A DNA stretch of 63,826 nt, the filler included, from Reclinomonas americana ATCC 50394 (lineage: Eukaryota), in NCBI GenBank assembly GCA_048213135.1. It is 8 parts of 4 records of this genome, joined end to end, with 100 filler letters (N's around TTAATTAATTAA, not from the genome) between each part and the next. Parts side by side here need not be neighbours in the genome. Positions count along the whole stretch, not along the records: positions 1 to 30,160 come from PS015106.1; positions 30,261 to 43,796 come from PS015106.1; 6 more parts are not named here. One strand, given 5' to 3'. The position numbers and the translations under genes are program-made. Of the stretch, positions 25,461-35,684 are shown piece after piece. Below the pieces are notes generated by a model that saw only the letters and a program-made list of their open reading frames with translations, ran no database searches and was not told the origin of the DNA. The stretch's first letter is position 1, and each line of letters begins with the position of its first letter.

Positions 25461-27833
25461 TCACTCAACGAGGAAGACTTCGTAGTCTGCCACCTGGAAC
25501 TCGTGCGACCCCATCAGCGTCGAGTCGTCAGTTACTGCACCATCAGTGCTCTGATAGTGGTACGGAAGGTTACTGGTGCTGCCGCTGTTGCTGATGCAGT
25601 TGTTCTCCAAGCGGAATTCGTTGCTGCCGAAGATGGGTCCACAAGCGGAGTTGTGGAAAGCGGCATACTGTTTCTTATTGCCCTGCAGTGCAAAGCGTCG
25701 CGCACTTGCACCGTTCCACGATGCCGAGAACAAGAAGCTGGTGCCGGATGGATCGGCGCCAAATGCGCCTTTTGCGGGAGACGTCCATGAGACAGGCGTG
25801 TATCCGCCAGAAACTCGTCCTGTCGACGACTTGGCCACGACAAGCGTCGGTCTGCACGCACACAGTCACTCATCCATCACCCACTAAGCACAGCAAGCAA
25901 CTCTCCTTCCACAATCACTCACCCACGATTGTCACATCGCTGGTGGAATGTGACTGCCTTGAATCCATCTCGACTGCCCTTGAACAGCAGCGTCAACTTG
26001 GGCACACTCCCGCCGCTGCCTCGCGCCTGCTGCACCCATTGTAGCACCACTCGCGCATCTGCCGCACTCAGCAAATCACTGCAGCTGTTAATTTTCCTGT
26101 CCGCCCGCTCCCGCTCCTCTCGCTCTCTGGCCATCCGCTCACGCTCCTCCCACTCCCTCGCCTGCCGCTCCCTTTCAGTAGCCTCTCGTTCCTGAATCTC
26201 TCGCTCTCGCATCTCCAGCGGTTTGAGACGAGCGAGCAGCTGCGGACGGAAGAATGAGGGGAGTGAAGCGCTCGATAACCACTGACATTTCACACAACAG
26301 ACCTCAGCAACGCCTCTCTCGAGAGATTCACGCATGCGGCGCTCAGCTGCCAGTTGCTCATCGGTCGCTTGCTGCTTCTGAGCCAATCGCTCCTCAGCAG
26401 CTTGTCTCGCTTCTCTCTCGTGAGCCACCATCTGCGACAACTCTCGCACTCGACCATGCAGCTGTGCAAACAAATGCAAGTCACCTCAGCATGAATGCAT
26501 GGCCAGCAACTTCCACTGTCCATACTCCAAACTCACCTCTCGCAGCGGTCGCTCCACTCGCAGCACATCACACACTCGCTCATGCTCCCCCTTCTCCCCA
26601 CCAATAATCCCACGCCATTCACACCCCAGTTCAGCACCACGACACACTGTCTGCTGCAGTCGGCATTCCGTTTCTGTCACAAGAGACCAAACATAAGTGT
26701 CATGACAGCACTTCACTCCTTCAATGCACTCACCAAGATGCCGCTGCATATCCGCCAATGCACACTGCTGCTGACATCCACGCGGACACGCTCGCATGCA
26801 CCCACTCCAGCTGTGCTCTGCCATCTCACTCAGCGCCAGCCTCGCTCCACATCCGAGTGGACACTCGCGCAAACAGCCGCTCCACTCGTGCTCCGCCGTG
26901 CGATCCAGTGTCATCTGTTGTCCACATCTCTCGCATCCATGCGGACACTGCGTGGGGCCATGTGTGCGGTAATAGTCGCCAACCGTCTGTTCATCCACGG
27001 TGAGGAGAGAGAAGCCAAGACAATCAACTCTCCATGAACACACAAACCATGGGAGCGTGACACAGCGGGCATGCAATCTGCGGTGCTCCCTCATGTCAAC
27101 ATCACTGGCAACTTGCACACATCACTCAGCAATCACACACAACCTTCATGTTGCTGTACATGAGCTGAAAACGTTTCTGCACCTCGTGCATTGTGCCGAG
27201 AGATGTGACTCCATCGCCACACAGATCCGTTCCAGCCTCCGTCACGTGCTCGCTGTCGCATGCAATCAACAAAGTGAGAGGAGGTCAGTGAATAGCTTCC
27301 TCTCTCTTCCCCTCTAATATACACAACTCACCGACACAAATGGTGCAGCTCGCTGGCACACAACACGAAATCCGGAGCACACAGATCCTGACAATGACAT
27401 GTCAATGCCATTTCAACAATACACACACACGCAAGAGTGCGTGCGTGTGCTTGTGGGTGTGTGAGAGAGAGAGAGTGAGTGAGAGAGAGAGAGAGAGTGA
27501 GTGAGTGAGTGAGAGAGAGAGAGAAACACTCACCATGCACACCGGGCATAGATACTCGTCTGCCACCACTCGCGATTCTTGCGCGACTTGCTCCATCCAC
27601 AAACGTGATGGCTGTGTCTCTTTCTCTCCCTCCTCTGGTAGAGGACGACGATGCACCGCGCGCACCACACAAAACACGTATTGTTCCTCACTGTCGCCAG
27701 AGAGTCGCATCACTTGCTGCTCGAGAACAATCTCATCTTCGGAAGCAGCAGCAGGCGGAGGAGGAGGAAGGGGAGGAGCAGATCCACTGCCTTCTCCGCC
27801 CCTGTCTCCAACGTGTGCGTCTTCGAAACCCAT
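25461..27833 (-). CDS. RING-like + TRAF-type zinc fingers + coiled coil + TLDc protein, copy 2
   Basis: Same exon-intron structure and motifs as copy 1, with a shorter coiled coil. Confidence 0.88.
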
Positions 27834-27971
27834 TCGTCACAATGTTGCCGTGGTGTCCCGTCTGTCAGGAGGTTCCTCACTCATTTGCCTTTGGTGTCGA
27901 CGTCGACATGGATCTGTTCAGCTCCGCACCGCACCCTTCTCCGAAACGACAACTTGATGCAAGATGCTGCT

Positions 27972-30105
27972 TCACTCAACGAGGAACACTTCGTAGTCTG
28001 CCACTTGGAAGCTCGGCGATCCCATAAGTGTCGTCTTGTCACATGCTGCACCGTCAGTGCTCTGATAGTAGTACGGAAGGTAGCTGCAGCTCCTGCTGTT
28101 GCTGTTGCTGTTGCTGTTGCAGTTGTTCTCCAAGCGGATATCGTTGCTGCCGAACATTGGTCCATATTCAGAGCAGTGCCCCACAGCATTTGGCTTCCTA
28201 TCGCTCTTCAGTGCAAAGCGTCGCGCGCTTGCGCCACTCCACGATGCCGAGAACAAGAAGCTGGAGCCGGATGGATCGGCGGCATGAACACCAGATGCAT
28301 GAGACTGCCACGAGACAGGCGTGTACCCGCCACACACTCGTCCCGTCGACGACTTGGCCACAGTCAGCGTCGGTCTGCACGCACACAGTCACTCATCCAT
28401 CACCCACTAAGCACAGCAAGCAACTCTCCCTCAATCACTCACCCACGATTGTCACATCGCTGATGGAATGTGGCTGCTGCAAACCCATCTCGGCTGCCCT
28501 TGAACAATAAGGTCAGTCTGGGCACACTCCCACCGCCCCCTCGCGCTTGCTGCACCCACTGCAACACCACTCGCCCATCCGCAGCATTCAGCAGATCACT
28601 GCCAAATTTTCCCTCGGCCAGCTCCCGCTCCTCTCGTTCCCTGGCGATCCGCTCGCGCTCCTCTCGTTCCCTCGCCAGCCTCTCACGTTCCTCCTGCTCC
28701 CTGGCCAGCCGCTCGCGTTCCGCCGCCTCTCGTTCCAGGATCGCTCGTTCTCGCACCTCCAGCGGTTTGAGACGATCAAGCAGCTGCAGATAAACACAAG
28801 GTATAGTGAGGAAAGATGAGATGCACTTGGATGAGCCACCAAACACAAAACAGACCTCAGCAACACCTCTCTCGAGAGCTTCACGTACGCGCTGCTCAGC
28901 GGCGAGTTGCGCGGTGCACACGGCAAGTCGCTCATCTGTTGCTTGTCTCGCCAGCAGCTCAGCAGCAAGTTGTTCATCTGTTGCTTGTCTCGCTCGTTGC
29001 TCAGCGGCAAGTCGCTCATCTGTCAATTGAAGTCGTTCCTCGACAGCTTGTCTCGCCTGCTGCTCGGCCGCCAGTCGCTCATCCGCAGCTCGCATTTCAG
29101 CTTGCCTCGCCTCTCGCTCGTATGCAACAATCTGAGACAGCTCTCGCACCCGGCCATGCAGCTGTGCAAGACAAGTCAGCAGCATGAATTGACCAAATGC
29201 ATCCACAGCCTACACACCTCTCGCAGCGGTCGCTCCACTCGCAGCACATCACACACTCGCTCGTGCTCCTCCCTCTCGCCAATGATTCCGCGCCATCCAC
29301 ACCCCAGTTCACCACCACGACACACTGTGTGCTGCAGTCGGCACTCCGTTTCTGCAACACAAGAACAAAGTGAACAAATCAGTGTCATGACAGCACTTCT
29401 CTCCTTCCAAGCACGCTCACCAAGATGCCGCTGCATCTCCGCCAGCGAGCACTGCTGCTGGCACCCACGCGGACACGCCCGCATACACCCACTCCAGCTG
29501 TGCTCCACCATCTCGCTCAGCGCCATTCTCGCTCCACACCCGAGCCGGCACTCTCGCAAGCATCCACTCCACTCATGCTCCGCCGTGCGATCCAGAGTCA
29601 TTTGTTGTCCACATCTCTCGCATCCATGCGGACACTGTGACAGGCCATGGATGCGGTAATAGTCGCCCATCGTCTGTCCATCCACGGTGAGGGGAGAAGC
29701 CAAGACTATCAACTCTCCATGACAAACACAAACCATGGGAGCGTGACACAGCGGGCATGCAATCTGTGGTGCGTCAAGTCAACATCACTGACAACATGCA
29801 TACATCAACAAACAACAGCAACACACAACCTTCATGTTGCTGTACATGAGCTGAAAACGTTTCTGCACCTCGTGCATTGTGCCGAGGGACGTGACTCCAT
29901 CGCCACACAGATCCGCTCCAGCCTCCGTCACATGCTCACTGTCGCATGAGATCCCCACAAAGAGACAGGAGGTCAGTGCACAGCTTCTCCCTCCCTCTAA
30001 TATATACACTCACCGACACAAGTGGTGCAACTCGCTGGCACACAACACGAAATCCGGAGCACACAGATCCTGACAATAACACCATGTCAATGTCATCAAT
30101 GCACG

Positions 30106-30145
<40 letters not shown>

Positions 30146-30294
30146 GTACCCACAATGCGTNNNNNNNNNNNNNNNNNNNNNNNNNNNNNNNNNNNNNNNN
30201 NNNNTTAATTAATTAANNNNNNNNNNNNNNNNNNNNNNNNNNNNNNNNNNNNNNNNNNNNACGTACGTACGAACGAGACGAGACGAGACGAGAC

Positions 30295-30332
<38 letters not shown>

Positions 30333-30373
30333 GACGACGTACTACTACTACTCGTCTCTCTACTCTTCTCTCT

Positions 30374-30417
<44 letters not shown>

Positions 30418-30714
30418 CACACTGACCATGAACACTGGGCACACGTATTCCTCCGCCAATGTCCGCGACTCTTGCGCGACTTGCTCCATCCACAAACGCG
30501 GTGGTTCCTTCTCCTTCTCTCCCACCTCAGATGGGCGACGACGATGCACAGCGCGCACCACACAAAACACGTATTGTTCCTCACTGTCGCCAGTGAGTCG
30601 CATCACTTGCTGCTCGAGAACAACCTGAGTGTCATCAGCAGGAGGAGGAGGAGCAGACCCACTGCCTTCACCATCTCCACCACTGACTCCCACGTGCGCG
30701 TCTTCGAACCCCAT
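27972..30714 (-). CDS. RING-like + TRAF-type zinc fingers + coiled coil + TLDc protein, copy 3 (first exon lies across an assembly linker)
   Basis: Same structure with the longest coiled coil. Exon 1 (~30428-30714) is separated by the N/TTAATTAATTAA linker inside a (GA)n intron. Confidence 0.82.
30161..30260. other. Artificial contig linker N..TTAATTAATTAA..N (core also at 43841, 48211, 51925, 55846, 58712, 62756)
   Basis: Identical 12-mer with stops in all six frames, embedded in N runs, seven times. Confidence 0.95.
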
Positions 30715-30946
30715 TCATGTCGAGTTGTCCCGCTCCTCGCACTTCACAACGCCCTTCTCTTCACATCAACGTCCCCTCCCTCCCCCTGGTCTCCAAGAAC
30801 CCAGATTACATAACGACAGCTACTTCAACCAACTGCCTACGCTGCAAAACTAACCAGCAAAACAAATAGAAAACACGCAACCTTTCGACAACACTCGTCA
30901 TCGAATGAATATTCTCTGTCTCACACACACACACACACACACACCA

Positions 30947-33605
30947 CTACTTGTGGGCATCGGCGGTGGGCGACGCCGAGTCAAACATGCTCAGCGGCAT
31001 GGTCGAGCGCAAGAAATGCGACACCGCCGCCCAACCGACCTGCGAGCAGGGACCAGCGCGCGCGTGACTGCATGCCATCTGGAACACCGACGACCAGCTG
31101 CGGGGCGCCACGCCGGCCTTCTCCAACGACACATAGATCTCCCGCACGGCGCGACACAGATCGGGATCGTCGCCGCCATCTTGCACATACGCCATGAGCT
31201 GGGCGACGGCGTGTGGCGAGTTGTGCGCCACCAGCAGCAACTCGGTGCGCGAGCTGATGACGTACAGGCCGTGCGCCACCACCGGCGACGACGGCACTGT
31301 GGCCAGGCACGAATCCTGTTCGCACGACGAGCAGGCGGTGCTCACGGTCGTGACGGTGCGTCCACCACCGCCACCGATGCCACCACCACCGCCGGCGGAC
31401 AGCGAATCGACGTAGGGTATTGCGCGTCTCTCGTCCGAGTCGTCGTCTTGCACTGCACGTCAGCGAAATGAGTGGCGAATCACGATAAAGGCACAGCAGC
31501 AGCTGCTACGCACATGGCTCGCTGACACGGCGCGAGGCGGCAGTGTCAGAACGGAATTTCCGCATCTTCCTTCTCCTGCGCACCGTGAATGCGGTATCGG
31601 TGCCGATTGAGGACGGCGGCATCACTGCGGCGGTGGCCGCAGCGACGATCGATGGCATAGACGACGACGGCGACAGAATGGATGGCTTGCGCTTGGGAGA
31701 CGCCGAGGTGCCGGCACTCTGCGCCATGACCTCTGCGAGTGGGAGGGGGCAGCGTGAGCCAGGGGAGGAGAGATAGAATAAAGAAAAATCGCTCAATGGA
31801 CTCACCAGCGTCCACGGGGAAGGGATCGTAGGCGTCCTTGTCCAACACGAGGTAGCCACCGTCGACGTCCACACCCACATCGTCGCTGTCGTGCGAAGAG
31901 CTGGAGGTGCCCAGCAGTCCATCTTTGCAGACAAGAGGTCAGCAGCAGAAATGCGGACAGCAAGAACGGGAGAGACGCAACTGACGGTGGGAATGACTGG
32001 AAGGAGGCAGGTCGTCGACAGCAGCAGCTCGGTGGTCCGCGGCGAGCAACCAGTCAGCAGTCTCGCTCTGTGAGACAGAAAATCACTGCTCTTTAGCAAC
32101 GCGCACACAACCGCCTTGCGTACAGCTCCACACGCACCGTGCGGGTACTCTTTGCAACTCGAGGCGCAGACGCTCGAACAATCTCAAGATGGTGCTGTTG
32201 GCAAAGGCGCACGAACCGCCCGCTCCAGTCTGCAGCATCTCCAGTTGCTGCGCCAGCACGTCCAGCAGCGAGGCCTGGGAGATGAGAGCCAGGCAGGCCC
32301 GAGTGTTTTCTGCTCATCGCCAAGTCAACAAACAGCGAAAGAGAAAGGCAGCGAAAAACATGCAGCGAGGCGCAACTGAAAGTGACGCGCAGCAGCAACA
32401 GCAGCAATCGCAAACACACTTCGCGGTCGGCAGTGAAGAAGGTGATGGTGCACTGCTGCAGAAACTCTGTCCGGATCACCAGATATCGTTGCAGCCAGCG
32501 ACGTACTCGATCTGAACGCATTGGTGTAACTGGTCATCGAAACCAAAGCGCTCTTCACACACACACAACTAAAGGTCACTCACCATGCGTGGTCTCCAGC
32601 ACATTCTCCAGCGTCGTCAACCGTCGCAAACACAGCGCGTGCGCATCACATACGCGACTCACGGTCGCCAATTCGCCCCCACTGGCCACCAGCAGCCGCG
32701 TCTGATCCAGCGACAATCGATGCGGCCGCGTGCACACCGCCAGCAGCATCAGTGCCACCACATCGCTCTCATCGTGTGCCAGTCGTGCCACCAGCTTGCT
32801 GGTGCCTCCGTATCGATGGAAGAGTGTGCGAGAGACCTCGCTTGCTGTCCAGAAATCGTGAGAAGCGAGGACAAGGAGAAGGGGGAGAAGGAGGGGAAGA
32901 GGAGAAGAAGGTGGAGACGGGGAAGAAGAGGGCGGAGCACGGGGAGACAAGGAACGAAACGAGAACAACAGGAAGGAAAAGGACAAGACAGAGAAGGAAG
33001 AGGTGGAGGGGGACAGGGAGAAGGAGGAGGAGAAAAAGGAAGAGGTGGAGGGGGAAGAGGAACAAGACAAGAGGACGGGGAGAAGAACAAGCAAGATCAT
33101 GATCCAGCCATGTGTCTCGTCAGTCTCTGCCTCTTACTCACCAGTGAGCAGTGCCTCCAGCAAGCGAATGGCCACCGACGAAGGCTCACTGTGCGTGCTC
33201 AGCTCCAGCGACGGCAACAGCCACGGCAACAGAGTCGACAACAGATCCGATGTCAGATGCGTGCTGGCTGTGGACAAGAACAGACAGACAGAGGAGTGTG
33301 AGTGTGAGTGAGTGTGTGTGTGAGTGTGTGTGTGTGTGTCTCGCACCTTGATGAATACACGACACCGCATGCGCGACCTTGGCCTCTGCCGCCGCCGCTG
33401 TCTCGCTCTCATCGTCTGTGTTGAGACACTGTGTAATGGCACGCTCGCACGCAGCAACCAGTGCTCTTGTCTCATCGTCCTCCTCATCTCCATCATCGTC
33501 TTCTTCGTCTTCTTCTCCATCGTCGTCGTCGTCTTGATCGACGTGTTGAGGCCGGTCGCCGTCAGAGTACACAATGGCGTGTACAAGAGGTAACCGTGTT
33601 GTCAT
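30947..33605 (-). CDS. Uncharacterised helical (ARM/HEAT-like) protein
   Basis: About 9 Leu-rich exons bounded by GT..AG (e.g. LTSDLLSTLLPWLLPSLEL, YGGTSKLVARL), acidic N-terminus, stop at 30947. Family not recognised. Confidence 0.5.
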
Positions 33606-34051
33606 CCTCAGTCTCTTTCGCGTGGGGTCTCTCTGTGTGTGCACTGGCCGTGTTTATTCACCGCGGAGATGCGCGCAAACAATGATGAACCGCGCGCGCG
33701 CTGCCGTTTCATGATCTCCTTCCAATTCGGTGGAGTACTCAATACATTTTTTTCGATTGTGTGGTCTGTTGCTGCAACGGTGGGTGTTGGCTGGGTGGTG
33801 TGCAGTGTGCGTTGCGTTCCGTCGTTTTTGCCGCGGATGGATGATCCCGTGCACGCCATTTCCGGTGAAAACAAATACCGTTGTCCGGTTTGTAATTCTC
33901 TCCGCAACCTCGCTCGGAATTGTGGGATGGAGGTGGTGTTTCACTGGAAGCGGCGAAAATCTGTGGCGTGCGCTCCAGGACCGCGGAAAGGGGGACTCGC
34001 ATGCCAATGTACATTTACCGTAGGCAACAAGTACAAACCAACCAGCAACAC

Positions 34052-34795
34052 ACCAGCAACAAATTCATTCACCAACGTACAAGCAACAGCTGTCTTGATG
34101 ACCAAGACCAGCAACACCGGCGGTGGATTCTGATCACCATCTTGACGGCGCACCGGCAACAACAACAACAACTTTACCAATCCAAACAGCAACACAGCTG
34201 CATGATGATCACCATCTTGAGTGAGCACCAGAAACTCAGACATCACGAAAAAAAAGCGAGAAAAGTCGAGATGGCTAATGCTGGCGTTTCTGCAATTGCA
34301 AGAGAAACCACGTGCACGGCTCATGACAAGCTTGGATTTGACGCCGAATTCCACAAAGGAAACGAGAAAGATAGCAAGAGGTGTTGGTATCAGAAGACAT
34401 ATGTAAAACCAATTGCAACAGAGCACTGATCATGAGGCTTCATGGAAACAGTGAGCAAGTCGAGATGCAGGCGATCATGTCTGCAAACGCCAGCATTGGA
34501 CATTTCGACGTCGACTTTTTCTCATTGCAGCGCTGCGCCTCTGGTGCTCAACAACACAACAAATTCATTCTCCAACAAACAAGCAACAGCTGCTTCTGTG
34601 TGCGTGTTCGCTCTCGGAGCTCCGAACAAGTCGCAGTCGAGGTCTGCGATCGATATCTTCACGGGATACTCAAGATGGTGATCGTCATATGCATGCAGCA
34701 GTGTTGCTAGTCTGATTACAATAAGTTGTTGTTGCTGCGGCAGCAGCATGCGCTGCGCATGCAACATGTACACCAGCAAATTCATTCACCAACAC
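34052..34795. repeat. Imperfect inverted-repeat (fold-back) region with three interspersed direct repeats
   Basis: 34157-34295 matches the reverse complement of 34668-34736 plus 34480-34550 (shared GATCACCATCTTGAGT, TGAGCACCAGA, AATGCTGGCGTTT). CAAATTCATTC.CCAAC occurs at ~34060, ~34560 and ~34777. Confidence 0.7.
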
Positions 34796-34878
34796 TAAAA
34801 CGCCAGTGCGCAGCTGCAGCGCAGCCGTCTCTTGCAGCTTGGACCAGGTCCAACCATCGACCACCTCATCGGTTATGG

Positions 34879-35402
34879 TTACCAGCTGTCATCGTCCGGC
34901 TCGGGTTCAAGCACGGGAGCAGCCAGAGATCCGGATCCGTCGATTTTTCCGACGCAGACAAGCAGAAGATGGGCGCGTCTTACAGCCTCTGCTTGGGAAT
35001 GCAAATCAGGAATCCGAGGCACATCAGTGGACATTTGCACGAGCCAGGCCCATGCATATGTATCGTGCACAGCACCTGTAGGACTTGGCCGTGGATCAGC
35101 CAGCGACAAGCTCTCCAGTCTGTCGAACAGGATCTGCACGCGCCGCTTGTTCTCCTCGTTTCCCTCACGCGTATCGAGCACCAGCAGATCATCGAGGCTG
35201 ACTGCACGCAGAGATGATCAGTGCACTAGTGGGTTCGTGACCGACCGCAATAGCAGCAATGCGCAGTCCAGATCCCACCTCTCGCAGGATCCACGAGTGC
35301 ATCATCTGTCACAAGCATGGGCGACACTTGATCACGAGCACTCTCCATGGAGCTCCCAGAAGTACTCGGTGTGCCGGCGCCATGATCAGGTGTTAAAGAC
35401 AT
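34879..35402 (-). CDS. Hypothetical small protein (tentative)
   Basis: ATG at ~35402 and a GT..AG intron join MSLTPDHGAG...DPAR to VSLDDLLVLDTREGNEENKRRVQILFDRLESL. No recognisable family. Confidence 0.3.
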
Positions 35403-35684
35403 GTCTGCAGCGTGAAGAACTCCATAAACGTATGCCTTCGCAGCGACAGTGCTCTCCCTGACTCACCTTACTGCACGACGTGTCTCTGTGCCTGCTGCAG
35501 CGAGGGTGAGCAAACGAGCGTTTCGTGTTGCGCTCTCTCTCTCGCTGCTCGCCGTCCTTCGGAGGGAGTGTGTGACGGCACAAGGAAGGTGAAGCCAATC
35601 ACAACACACCTGTACCCACCGACGCCGCTCCCCCGGATACGTTGTTGTTGTGTTTTTATTCTACTAGTACTGTAAATTATAATT

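Noticed and set aside
22828-28380. Diversity-generating retroelement explanation for TLDc variability
   Set aside because: Differences are not adenine-restricted, all copies are full intron-containing genes, and no reverse transcriptase is in view.
30205-30216. Palindromic TTAATTAATTAA repeated seven times
   Set aside because: Always embedded in N runs; an artificial six-frame-stop contig spacer.
30261-30365. ACGTACGTACGAACGAGACG-type motifs at contig ends (also ~55780 and ~62610-62711)
   Set aside because: Consistent with low-quality pyrosequencing read-end noise after GA microsatellites.
33639-34429. Intronless ORFs as a viral or transposon gene
   Set aside because: No recognisable motifs in any frame; overlapping short ORFs on both strands.
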